Shown: positions 25,290-36,834 of the stretch, piece by piece | How positions within the stretch are numbered: the stretch's first letter is position 1 | Layout: every line of letters starts with the position of its first letter | Assembly (NCBI GenBank): GCA_035084275.1 | Contig: CM068756.1 | Location: 2,418,001-2,482,000 of the forward strand | Direction of reading: 5' to 3' | DNA length: 64,000 nucleotides | Origin: Hydrolagus colliei | Lineage: Eukaryota | Translations under genes and position numbers: made by a program | The notes under the pieces: generated by a model | The model's database searches: none | The model's input: only the letters and a program-made list of their open reading frames with translations | What the model was told of the DNA's origin: nothing

Positions 25290-26513
25290 GCATCACGGAC
25301 AGGGCCATCTCGGACCACTTCCTCATCTCCTCTCCTCTCACATCCCTCTCTCCTTCATCAAGCCTACAGCCATACTTTTCCGCCCATGAAAAAGGCTTCC
25401 CTCTAAAACCCTCACAAAAGCCCTCTCATTCTTAACCTCCTATTCCTCTGGCCCTCCACCCGCAGTGATCCTGAAGCAGCCATCAAGCTGCTCCACAATC
25501 ACCTCTCCTCTACCTTCAATCCATCGTCCCACTCAAATCCAGTCTCCAAACCCCTACACCAACATCATTCTGGAGACCAAAAATATCTAAAAAATCCTAT
25601 TTTCCATCACCCACTCTTTGCATCCCCTCAATCAACACATCCAACGCCAAGTGTGAAAAGATTACCTTACCTCCAAACCTATAACATTGGCCTGGCAGCC
25701 TCAGCCTTCTGCCCGTTTTGCCCACCACCCCCATTCTGGCTCCCTATGACGTCTTCTGTCTCACAGTTCCGACCTCCTTAACCTATCTGAGCTGTCCTTA
25801 CAACCCTCCAAGTCTGTGCACAAGTTAGCCATCAGGTTTGATCCTCAGTTATCCTTCCTCCCCCACATCCTATCCCTTATCAGCACTGATTTCTTCCATC
25901 TCTGCCACATTTCCCGTCTCCATCAATATCTCGCCCCAAAACCTACCGAAACCCTTTGTCACCTCTCGACTGGAGTATTCCAATGGCCTCATCGCCCGTC
26001 TCCCCTCTTCCACCATCCACACAGCACGCCCAAAACTCTGCCACCCAAATTCTCACCCATACCCAACTTCGTACACCAATTACCCTAGTCCTTGCCAGAC
26101 TGCATTGGCTCCCTGTCAGAATGGATTGACTTCAAGATCCTCACTCTTGTGTTTAAAAATCCCTCCACCCCTCTGCACGCCCTATCTCTCTAACCTTCTG
26201 TCTCCTCATAGCAGTACTTGCTACCTTCACTCTACTGGGTCCGGCCTCCTACTTGTCCCCCGAATCCTCCGCTCCACCAATGGTAGCCATGCTTTCAGCT
26301 ACTATGCCCCCAAAACCTTGGAACTTCCTCGCTCGAACCCTTCACCTCACTACCTCCTTTCCAATATCCAGGTCGCGCCTGAAGATCTTTCTCTTCGACT
26401 GTGCTTGAGGTCACCTTCCCCCACCCTCTGGCTTGACCTCGGGCTCTGCCATTGTGAAGCGCTCTCAGACACTGCCTGGCATGGAGGCAACTATATAAAT
26501 GCAAATTGTTGTT
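25290..26513 (+). mobile_element. L2 LINE relic, internally deleted
   Basis: ITDRAISDHFLIS (APE endonuclease SDH motif) at about 25293. Later ..RFDPQLSF, FVTSRLEYSNGL, HWLP.., AFSYYAP.. and a 3' tail gtgaagcgctct..ctatataaatgcaaattgttgtt. No RT core recognisable. Confidence 0.85.
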
Positions 26514-29500
26514 AAATTCATATAAAGGAAACAGTTGATCAATATGATGAAAGACAAGAACAAAGCATGGCCACAAGAGAAGCACTAACTTATAAAATGT
26601 GCTTTTTTGCTGGATACTGAACTTTCACAGCCTTGGCTTACACAATCAACAAGTTTGAAAATGAGATAGCTGCTTGAATGTTTTCCTCTGTTTTTGCCTT
26701 TTTACAATTGTCAGCAATATAGATTTGCAACAAGAACTGTGAAGGCACGGTCTCATTGAGCAAACTGACCACAGAGGTTTCACTGCGAGACCCACCATGT
26801 AAGCTAGCAATAAAACCAAATTCATCAGCAAATCGAGGATCCCCAAATAGTACCCCCTTTATTGATCCTGCTATGGTTATTGGTTCTCTGAACTTTTTAA
26901 AGTTCCAAATTGACTCCGCTACACTTTTGTACTCCTCACTGTGCTGAAATGAAAATCTGTAATGCTGTTTACTACCTAAATTCTGCAAAGCCCTTTGAGA
27001 TGTGCTCTTGACATGGAAAGTCTTATTATTACCTCATTACTTTGAGATGTTTTCACATGACTAAGCACAACAAAAATGGAAGTTCTTTCCTCCTATAATA
27101 TGCAGGCTTTTTAAAAAAAATAAAGTACTTAATCACTTCATTGACTAGTCTTAATTTTCTTCTGGATCTTTTGGACTTTGGTGATGTTCGCCACTTTAGG
27201 CATTGGCACGTCACCTAGATTTCTCAACTATAAAAAAAAGTTAAAACATCAATCAGTTGAGAAGATTGTAGTGTCTACAACTATTTTTAAAAAATAATTC
27301 TAGAGACTACAGGCTTTCAGCTAATTAAAGTGTTCTGATATGCGATTCAAAACAGCCCTTGCCTGAAAAGGCTGTTCCATTAAAATTATCAAACAAATAT
27401 ATAATATTGTCAATCATCTGTTTTTTGTCTATAGTTTAAGAATGTCAACCAATAATTAGAGGTAAAGCAAGCTAACCTCGCCAAGTAAATTTATTGTTAA
27501 ACCGCACAATTGCTGGCACAAATGAGAAAGCAAACTAATTAAGATAGTTGAAAGAACCAGGACCAAAAGCTACATGTAATCTTGGAACTGTTTTTTTAGG
27601 ATGAGGGAGTTTATTCAAAATTATACAATTCTGTCAGCCTCAATGAGAATAGTGACACCTTCACCACCAAAAATGTTTCTAGAAGCAGATATTACAGTTC
27701 TATGCGAATATAAACCTAAAGGCTTTATCACCACATTTCAGTTGATCTTAAGAGCTGCAGATAAACCAATACATTTAGCACATTTAGTACATTTAGTGGA
27801 TTTTGTTTCCCTAAGAATATTTACGGATATAGGATCTTACGAAGCATCTGGAAATGCTCTGCCAGCTCCCATGTTGAAGCAATAATATATCTGATGTCTC
27901 ATGTGGAAGATGCTTTCTACATTCTTGGAAAAGACCTATAGAGATGACTACAATGTTCTTCTGCTGGCCCCGACAGAGGTGGTAGAAATGCCAGAAGAAA
28001 TATTATGTCATTTGGTGTGGTGGAGAAACCTTTTCAGCCCACCCAATTTAGCAAACAGCTTTGACAGGATGAGCCATAAGCAATTAGTATCTAACGATAC
28101 AAGATTTTGAATAGAACTGCAGAATATTATCTTGCAATAATTACAGCACGCAAGAGTTTGAAATGGCTACTTTGAAGACTAGAGAGAATAATGAATATCC
28201 TGAAAGTAAAATAGATTCACTATAAAATTGAGTTGACGTGTCCAGGGGTTATTAAGCAATCAACCTTGCTGTGGAGGTGATCAGGAATTACTTTAGTCCA
28301 AGGGTAACATTTACTCTTTTTTCTTAAGAGGGAAGGAGAATGGAGTTAGATATCTGATTGGACATCTGATCCTTCAGCAGTTCATGGATTCTTGCATGAG
28401 ATCAGAGCTAGGTGTTTGATATGTTTTCTTCAATTATTTTCAGGTCTATGACAGGAGCAATGTGATCAATGGATAATGGTTATTTCCATTTGAAAAGCCA
28501 GCGATTTCTCTGCCAGCTTATTGATAACCTATGCAGTGATCGGTGATAAGGGACTAAAAATGGTCCCAACAGTAAAAATATTGGTTTCTAACCTGGGCCT
28601 TATGGCATAGATTAAGGCAATACTAAAGAACTGTGTGACGATCCAACATTTGGTGCCTTGTCTTCTGGGCTGAATTTCCTTAATCCTTATAGGCTGCATT
28701 AATGTGAACAGCAGATGACAAGACGTTCAATGGGAAGAGTGTGCATTACATCAAGCCCCATCTTGTTATTTGCCCTGCCGTTTCTCAATTCTACTGATAA
28801 ATTAAATATATATACATGATGATTACATTTCACGAGAGTGCTAAAGTAAAAGATGAACAAAGTAAACCAAGAGCTGTAATTATCAAACCAAAGCTGTCAA
28901 AAATTAGCACGAATCAGCTTTGGCAAGCTGCTTGATAGTTTGCTTACAATCCAAAATATTTTCAGTCTATTTCTCTGCATCAATTTAATTCCAACTCATG
29001 TCCACCGATTAAAGTAGTTACCTGACTGTATTTTGTAAGAGGCGTAGTTAAAAGTTAAAATAAAAGTTTTCAGTGGCAGAATACTTAATTTAGGAGAAGT
29101 TGTTTCCAACAGTCAAAGAGCCGAAATATTTAGAGAGAAAGGTCACTGTGGGAAATAACCATTCTAAATATGTTTGATGGCCCTGTAAACTACTAGCAAA
29201 CCCTCCAAAACCAAAGAAGAAATGACTAAAATAATGATAATACCTTGACACAATTACCTCAAAAAGTTGCATAAGAAAGATGCTAAATGATTCATTGAAA
29301 GAATGTTAAACAAGGATGTTTGTTATCATCAGACACATTACAGTTTTTGTAGCTGATGACTATATATTAGAAAGCTCAATGATATCTATGAAAATTGTGT
29401 TTCATACTGGTGACATCTTGATTGAGGATATAGATTATACAGACAATGTATCTCCACCTTAACATCTGCAGCAACAGCAGTGTTTGAACAAATTCATCAA

Positions 29501-30129
29501 AATACACGGAAATCTGGACTCATTATCAGCACATAATTTGAGTCACATTGCTAAAAACACATAAAGGATCAGGATGTAGAGTTTGCTGGAGATAAATTAG
29601 AAGCAGATTAGGAATTCATCTATCTTGAAAAATGCATAAGATGCAGCAATAAGTGGTTTAGGACAGAGAAGCATCGTAATGATTCAAACCAACAGAAGGG
29701 GTATTAAACTTTCAAGTCTCTACGCAAGACTAGAGAAGCAGAAACATCACCAATGTCAACACAACTACTCAAATTTAAGGAATGTGTCATTCCTGTCTAA
29801 GTTTATGCATCCAAGGCATAAAGCATGTGCAAACAAGATGAACTAGCTGATAAGCAACTTCAAGATCCGAAAAAGAACAAGAAAGCAGCTATTTTACAAT
29901 GGTTCAAGCAAAAACAATCCCTTACCACCAATTAATTAATGTCAATGCCTCACAGTACTGTAGTGCAGGACGGATTGCAACACAAACCAAAATATGGGAT
30001 GCAAACCTGAAACCTGAGAAGCAAACCAAGACTTAAGTGACCAGATTTAAATCAAAGATTTATATGTAAACATAGAAAGTCAAATCAAAAATAAACGCAA
30101 AGTCAGAAGACTTTTGATTAAATTGATGT

Positions 30130-30210
30130 GGAGGGGAGGAAGCTCATGTGGCGTATAAACACCTGCTTGGGCCAAATGGTCTATTTCCATGCTGTGTCAT
30201 TCTATGTAAT
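30130..30210 (+). mobile_element. CR1-like 3' end
   Basis: ggaggaagctcatgtggcgtataaacacc..ttgggccaaatggtctatttccatgctgt..ttctatgtaa. Confidence 0.6.
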
Positions 30211-30499
30211 ACAGTACTGTGTCATTAACCTGTCATTCAACATAGTCAAATAAAGCATTCAAACTGAAGGGCATGCAATTTGGAGAAAGATCTTAACAAA
30301 TAACCATATAAATATATTTTATCCATTAATCTAACGCCAATGGAATAGTAGAACTCCATGTGTACGTTACCATTGTACTACTAACCTCCAAGGTGATTTT
30401 TAATGACTAAAAATAACTGACAGTAATAATCACAATTGCATATAATATAATATATTGCAAGGGCAACTCAAAGCACTTCACAGGATTTATTGTAAAGTG

Positions 30500-30610
30500 C
30501 TCCCCCCCACCCCGTCCTCAGTTCGGGTCTGAAGCAGTAACTTGTCCAGCGCCTTGGGACGTCCTGCTGCCGTGAAAGGCGCTATACAAATGTAATTTTG
30601 TTGTTGTTGT
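30500..30610 (+). mobile_element. L2 3'UTR and tail
   Basis: cagttcgggtctgaagcagtaacttgtccagcgccttgggacgtcc..aaaggcgctatacaaatgtaattttgttgttg. Confidence 0.85.
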
Positions 30611-31939
30611 AGGCGATAAGAAAGTCATTTGCTTTAATTATAATATTGCAAAATTAAAAATGTATGATTTTGGTCATGTTCCTGACACCAGATGCTTTTA
30701 GAAAATAGTAAATTCCCATCTTTCCACCCTGATGCAAGATCACTTCTATGAAACTGGGTGAAAATGTATCCAGCTTTTCTATCCATAAATTCGGGGCAAT
30801 CATGCCAGGTGCAACAATACAATGAATTTGGATTGGAGCAAGCAAGCCATCTGGACACAACGTGCAGCTTTTCACCAAGTTTGTTGTAAGTCAATCCCAA
30901 AGACTGAAGGACTCAAGGTTCAGAAATCTGGCACCTGAAACTTGGCCAACATTGGTAACACTGACATCTCCAAGCTGGGATTCACACTGATAAAAAAAAT
31001 CACTCAAACATGATTCATGATTTACAATACTGAGTCAATCACTGAATCGCTTTACTGCCGTTTAACACACTGCGCAGACTGTTCACACAATCCCATTTAT
31101 GTTTTATTCTGCATTTAGGAAATCACCCAATCAACATTGTTACAATGTGGGCACATCCAAATAATTTTACAATTACAGCAACTTCAATCAGTTTATTTTT
31201 TTGAAAGAACTCATGTTGGTATAACACTTTATTAAGTCAAACCATCTCAAATCAGATCAGCGTAGTGAATGCTTTAGCAGACATTTAGAGCAACTATTTT
31301 GCACAAAGTGCCTCAAATATAATGTGTGAATGAACAATTTAATCGAAGGATGTTTGGTAGGATACCAAAGAAGCTCCCTTCTTTTTTCCCCCATGCACAT
31401 CTTGAGATCTCTGACATCCACCTAAACAGGGTCACGGGACCTCAGTTGAATTTCACCCACTCGCATTTTATTATTCATGAGATTATTTTAGTAACACTTC
31501 CATCTGGCCCTCATTTTAAGATTTGAATTCAGTGAATGTCCCAAAACACAGGCACGCACACATAAACCATCCACCCACCACTCCAGCCCTCCTAGTCATC
31601 TGTGTGAAGCATTTTGAAGTCTCTTGATGTGAAAGACAGTATATATAAACACATAAATTAGAATAGTCCTTGCATTTGATATAGGACCTTTCACATCAGG
31701 ATGTGTCAAAACTTGGCATTAAACTCTGGCACTGTTAAGTGTTCCGAGACACATGAAGGGCGCTAAAAAAATGGCAACCTGCTGTTGTTTGGGTATATTT
31801 GTGGTAACCAGTTAATAATAATAATAATCCTTGTATTTGATTAAAGAGTCTTTTCACATTGTTCAGACATGTCAAAGTGTTTCACAGGTACATAGACACA
31901 CTGTAAAATGCATATTTTGTGAGCTATACGTCACCTAAG

Positions 31940-32152
31940 GCGCCTCAAAGCGCTTCGCACAATATAACACAAAGTGAATTGACTGTATATTTCGTGGGCG
32001 AAACGTGGCGGCCAATATGCTGGTCGAGCGGCGTCCCCACAAACAGCCAGCGGAGGATCAGAGTGACCGATTTATTATTGGGGGAATTATTATCCGGTGT
32101 GCGTGTGGGTCTCTGGCTTGTGAGGCGAGTGCTCTGAACCAGTGAGCTACTC
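31940..32152 (-). mobile_element. SINE with internally deleted head
   Basis: Reverse complement tagctcactggttcagagcactcgcctcacaagc..., lacks the B-box/gggcaag segment; core present. Confidence 0.8.
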
Positions 32153-32250
32153 AAAGCGCTTCACGGAATACACTGCAAAGTGAACTGACTGTATATTTGT
32201 AGGCGAAACTCGGCAGCGTCCCCGCGAAGCATCGTGGATCGAGTGACCAA
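32153..32250 (-). mobile_element. SINE fragment (core)
   Basis: aagcgcttcacggaatacactgcaaagtgaactgactgtatatttgtaggcgaaac. Confidence 0.75.
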
Positions 32251-32319
32251 ATCCGCAAGAATCGTCAGATTTTTTTTACAGCGCAAAACGGGAGGCCGTA
32301 CAGCAAATGTAACCAATCA

Positions 32320-32532
32320 CAAAACTGATCATTTCGACCCACGACTGTTTTGAGGGGTGGGGGGGGGGCGGGGGGGGAAACGCAATCGGCTTAACGCGCA
32401 TTCGGCTGCCGCGTTTCGCCCACAAATATATATACACAGCCAATTCACTTTACGGTCTGTTCCGCGAAAGCGCTTTGAGACGTCCGGTAGAGGTGAAAAG
32501 CGCTGTAACAAATGCAAGGATTATTAGTATTA
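32320..32532 (+). mobile_element. SINE fragment (core + tail) with G-tract insertion
   Basis: tgatcatttcgacccacgactgttt[G-run]..ggctgccgcgtttcgcccacaaat..aaaagcgctg..aaatgcaaggattatt. Confidence 0.8.
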
Positions 32533-32630
32533 CGATTACCGCCCTAAGCTACAGACAACACAGTCCAGTTACAGTGTGTGTTGTGTGTGTGTGTTGTGTG
32601 TGGAGGGGAGTCATGGCTTAAACCACTTAC

Positions 32631-33167
32631 CCTGAGGTGAGGGCTGTCCGAGGCCGAGGCCCTGTTGGCTAAGTGCTGCAGGATATCTGCTCTCAGGTCC
32701 ACCAGGAACTTGACGCCGGCCTCCAGGCGGCTGATGTGACCGACCAGGACCTTGTAGCGAGGAGTCAGCGAGTGTCGGAGCCGGTCCTCGGCCTGGACTA
32801 AAGCTCCGGGCTCCCTGTCCGGCCACTCGGCCACCCGCCGGGCCAGCTCGGACACCAGGCCGTGCTCCACGCCGTAATCGGCCGACAGTTTCGTCAGCAG
32901 CGCCGGCCGCTGGTTAAACTCCAGGCCGCAGTAGAAGGTCACGAAGTCTCCGGCTTGGGCCTGGCCCTCGGCGGCCGGCGCCGGCTTCTCCCTGGTCTCG
33001 TAGGCCACCGCCTGAGGCACCGTCCGCCGCAGCAACTCGTCCATAGCCAGGCCTCTGCGGGAGCCGAGGCCCAGGCCCAGACCGGCCTCGGCCCTGGCCG
33101 CTCTCCAGCAGAACAGCGAAAGCACCGGTTTCCCGCCCCGCGCCCCGAGCAGCCCCAGGTGTATCAT
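32631..33167 (-). CDS. MLYCD: Malonyl-CoA decarboxylase, coding exon 1 (537 nt)
   Basis: ATG at 33167 in GAAGCCATGA context. Translation MIHLGLL...MDELLRRTVP...AEDRLRHSLTPRYKVL...LEAGVKFLVDLRAD...SPHLR matches the MLYCD N-terminal helical domain. Donor AGG|gtaagt at 32630, phase 0. GC/CpG rich. Confidence 0.95.
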
Positions 33168-33210
33168 GGCTTCCCCTCCGCCGGAAACCTGCCCCCGAAT
33201 AAATAGCCCC
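32640..33210. promoter_or_regulatory. CpG island over MLYCD exon 1 / promoter
   Basis: Very high GC and CpG density compared with the AT-rich background. G/C homopolymer tracts upstream (33207-33230, 33505-33600). Confidence 0.75.
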
Positions 33211-33377
33211 CCCCCCCCACCACCTCCCCCAACATATATTACACAACACAACAACAAAATTACACTTGTACAGTATAGCGCCTTTCAGCCACCCCACACT
33301 CACAATCACCCCCCCCCCCTCCCCCACACCACCACCTCACACTCACTTCACACCTTACATCTCCATCACACACCCCT

Positions 33378-33505
33378 CAACAACAACAACAACAACAACA
33401 ACAACAGCCACAGCAAAATAAATGATATTTGTACTGGATAGCCAACTTTCACAGGACGTCCCAAGGCGCTGGACAGTTATTGGTGCAGACCCGAGCTGAG
33501 GATGG
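33378..33505 (-). mobile_element. L2 3' end with (AAC)n, just upstream of MLYCD
   Basis: (aac)9 then ..ctttcacaggacgtcccaaggcgctggacagt..cagacccgagctg. Confidence 0.75.
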
Positions 33506-33650
33506 CGGGGGTGGGGGAGGCGGGGGGGGTGGGGAGAGGGGGGGAGAGGTGGACGGTGGGAGGAAGGAGTTGCCGATGGGTCGGGGGGGGGGGGGGGGGG
33601 CACTCGATAGTCCGAACACACAAATTTCCGATACCCGGGGTGGTTACCAT

Positions 33651-33791
33651 GGTTACCGCTCCATAGTCCAAACCGACTATGAAATAAGGTTTGTTAATCC
33701 GAACATTTGGTGCGATAGTCCGAAGGTTCATTGGACCAAAGGTTAGGGCAACCTTCGGACTAACGCACCTTCAGACTATCGAGCGGTAACC
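33651..33791. mobile_element. Small inverted-repeat DNA element (MITE-like, family unknown)
   Basis: Termini GGTTACCGCTCcATAGTC.. / ..GACTATCGAGCGGTAACC. Internal subrepeats (ga)tagtccgaa and inverted ttcggacta. No clear TSD. Confidence 0.7.
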
Positions 33792-34171
33792 GAGGGGTCC
33801 ATCGAAGACGAGAGTCTCGAGGCGAGACTTGAAGACTCGCACTCACGTACTTGCCCAACTCCCTCCCACACTCACAATCACCCCCTCCCCTCCCCCCCCC
33901 CCCCCCCCCTCATACATTCACATATCCATTCCAAACCGAACTAACACTCACTCACACCCAATCCAACCACGACAACTTACACTCATATCGCGCCCTCCAC
34001 ACAGGGTACTGTCTTTGAGCGCTTAGCAATGGCGGAGCCCGGCTCACACGGCCTCAAACCACTCTCAACACCCACTTCATTCAAGCACGTACGCACACAT
34101 TTACTCAACAACCCATCACCCTGTCCAAAGGACCACCTCCTCCGACAAGGTGGCTCTCCCCCCCACCACCA

Positions 34172-34430
34172 ACAACGACAAAATTACACTTGAATAGCAC
34201 CTTTCACATCAGGAGGACGTCCCAAGGCGCTGGACAGTCATTGTTGGACGCGAGCTGGGGACGGTGAGATTTGGAGGGAAAGAGGGGATTTGGAGTGGCC
34301 AATGGGACCGTCGAAGAGGAGGGTCTTGAGGCGGGACTTGAAGGAGGCCAGGGAGGGCAGCGAGGCAGAGGGACTGAGGGATGGAGTTCCAGAGGTTGGG
34401 ACAGAGTGGCAAAAAGGCTCACCCGCCAAA
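34172..34430 (-). mobile_element. L2 LINE 3' fragment
   Basis: Minus translation ..LWNSIPQSL..SFKSRLKTLLFDG plus stem-loop tail. Confidence 0.9.
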
Positions 34431-34496
34431 AGTCTCAAAGTGGGTGCTTGACCCACCTCCTCCCATTCAATCTGCCTTCTAACCCGGAGGAAGGTC

Positions 34497-34965
34497 ACTC
34501 ACGCTCTTCATCTCCGAGTCAGAAGACTGCAGCATCAAGCTCGCACAGTCCAGGGCTGACTCTCCGATGAAGTGTTGGTGGGAGAGCTGTGATGTTGGAA
34601 GCGCCTTCCTTTGGATGAGATATTACACTTAGGGTTGGTAGCACACTCACCTCTGAATCAGATGATTGTGAGTTCAGCTTCCTATTTTGGCATTTGGAAT
34701 TTATATCATCTTAGATAGGCTAACACTCCCAAGTGCAGTGTTAGGGGGAGTGCTGCATTGTAAGAGATGAAATCATGCATATCAGACATTTTACCAAGGT
34801 CCCATCTGTCTGTTTAGCTGGAGGTTCAAGACCCCATGTCACTGTTCGAATAGAGAAGGGCTGTTTGTAGGGCATCATACAAAAATTGGCTGCCATATAA
34901 GTAATTGCTCTGAAGCACTTTGAGACATCAAGGCTGACATGAAAGATTCTAAATCAAATGCAATG
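34497..34965 (+). mobile_element. Two older Deu-domain (SacSINE1/AmnSINE-like) SINE relics in tandem
   Basis: Heads ..ctccgagtcagaag.. and ggtagcacactcacctctgaatcaga..; gctaacactcccaagtgcagtg..ggagtgctgcattgt; aagaccccatgtcact; aaattggctgcc; tail aagcactttgagacatc. Confidence 0.65.
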
Positions 34966-35519
34966 GTTGTTATTTCACTCATGTAAAACCAAATATCTTA
35001 AAGTGCTTACAAAACACAATACATTAGAAAAGAAGCGAATGTCGTTAGTCCCCTTCAAGCACAAAGCTCTGGCTGGTTTCACTGAGAAATCAGAAAAACA
35101 TTTAAAAAACACTAAAAGAACTGAAAATGCAAAACAAAAGTCAAATCAGCACCTGAGAAAGATTTCTTTCCAATTTGAAATACCCACTGAAACCGTAATA
35201 TATTTTCAAAATGTGAAGCACAATCCCTTTTGAGCTCATAGAGAAGTTCATATGAATAATTTAGCTGCTACAAAATTAATCCTTGTAGCAAGCATGTCAA
35301 ATGAGTGCTTTATACTCACCTTGAAGACTGGTGTGTTCTGATGGAAACCTTCAATTTTCAAAGAGTTTATAGGAAATTGTACAGGATAGAGTTCTCGCTC
35401 TGGTGATTCATAACAGAGTGTCAACCAATGAATGGATACCTTTTCGTGCCCGTAAAACAATGCTGGGGAGAAATTTCACCCTGGTCTAAATTTGCTTTTT
35501 CTATAGCCTGGTTTGACTG

Positions 35520-35932
35520 GGTTTAATTCCAGGCAGGGCAAAACCTTGGGCAAGTTTCCTTACTCCATATACTGTACCTGGTAACAATAATCCTTAAAAA
35601 AAGTAATAATATATTGGTCATTTCAATCCACGACCGTTTGTAGGGCACTTCTGTGCGCAATTGGCTACCACGTTTCACCCACATATATACAGTCAATTCA
35701 CTTTACGGTGAATAGCGATCTTAAAAGCCTCTCCCTCGCAACATGCCCCAGTTCTGACGAAGGCTTGTGCACCCAAAATGGTGACTCGCTTTCCTTTCTC
35801 TATAGATGCTGGCTGACCTGCTGAGTGTTCCAGCGATTTCTGTTTTTGTTTCACTTTACTGGATATTCTGTGAAGCGCTTTGAGACGTCTAGAAGACGTG
35901 AAAAGCACTATATCAAATGCAAGGATTATTAA
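35520..35932 (+). mobile_element. SINE interrupted by a Penelope-like insertion
   Basis: SINE body 35520-35706, insert 35707-35849, SINE tail 35850-35932. Confidence 0.85.
35707..35849 (+). mobile_element. Penelope-like retroelement terminal fragment
   Basis: ttctgacgaagg..ccaaaa..gatgctggctgacctgctgagtgttccagcgatttctgtttttgttt, typical of PLE pseudo-LTR ends (family from recall). Second copy at 54610-54692 on the minus strand. Confidence 0.65.
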
Positions 35933-36064
35933 TATTGTTAGTTTGGAAGCTGTTTTTTTCAAGAACGATATCAAAGTTAACACTTATTTCGACGTTCGGA
36001 AATGTCACATTAATAGACCCTCCTCCCATCATGTCCAATAAAATACATTCTTGTCCCAACACAG

Positions 36065-36140
36065 CTGTCTTGGGATGTCCTCCGCCTTGGGACTTCCCCC
36101 CGACGTGAAAGGCGCTCTATAAATGTAATTTGGTTGTTGT
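36065..36140 (+). mobile_element. L2 3' tail with partial duplication
   Basis: cttgggatgtcctcc gccttgggacttcccccgacgtgaaaggcgctctataaatgtaatttggttgttg. Confidence 0.75.
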
Positions 36141-36286
36141 ATTTTGTTTTGTTGTCTTCTTTGCTCTCCCTCACCCAGCAGAACAACAATAGAAAATAGA
36201 AAATGTCACTACAAACAAAATAGGTTGGGAGATCCTCAATCAACGGTAGAATATTGAAGGAGGAACATATGGATGATATAGATATG

Positions 36287-36620
36287 GTGGAGCTCCTGTG
36301 GCTCAGTGATTAGAGCATTTGTCTTGCAAGCTGGGGAGACCTGTGTTCGAATCCAGGCAGGTCAGGGCGAAACCTTGGGCAAGTTTCCTTACTCCACACA
36401 CCTAATAATAATCCCTCCAAAAAACCCACAATAATAAAATTGGTCATTTCAATCCACGACTGTGTGTGGGACACTGCTGTGCGCATTGGCTGCCGCGATT
36501 CGCCCACAAATATATACAGTCAATTCACCTTACAGTATATTCTGTGAAGCGCTTTCGGACGTTGATAAGATGTGGAAAGCGCTATATCAAATGCAAGGAT
36601 TATTATTATTATATTATTAT
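36287..36620 (+). mobile_element. Full-length tRNA-derived SINE
   Basis: A box TGGCTCAGTGA, B box GTTCGAATCC, ccttgggcaagtttcc, Deu-like core, L2-like tail, (tta)n. Confidence 0.93.
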
Positions 36621-36834
36621 TTCAGTTCCATGGGAAAGGCAGCAGTTCCACTGCTGCCATCCAGTGGCTGTTCACACCAACATATTTTACACTTCCCTTT
36701 GTATTTAGCAGTGACTCAGCCTGACTCATTGCCTCACGTGTGACTTGAATCCATCACCTTCTGACTCAGAATGCATTCCGTTATTTTATGTGTTGGAATA
36801 TGTCTGCAGTTGCCTCGATTTGTCTCAAATCTGT

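Noticed and set aside
25838-26515. 225-aa ORF
   Set aside because: Frameshifted L2 ORF2 relic in C-rich sequence, not a host gene.
32544-33257. 237-aa ORF as a single-exon protein
   Set aside because: It is MLYCD exon 1 with 5' upstream sequence and read-through into intron 1; the real boundaries are 33167-32631.
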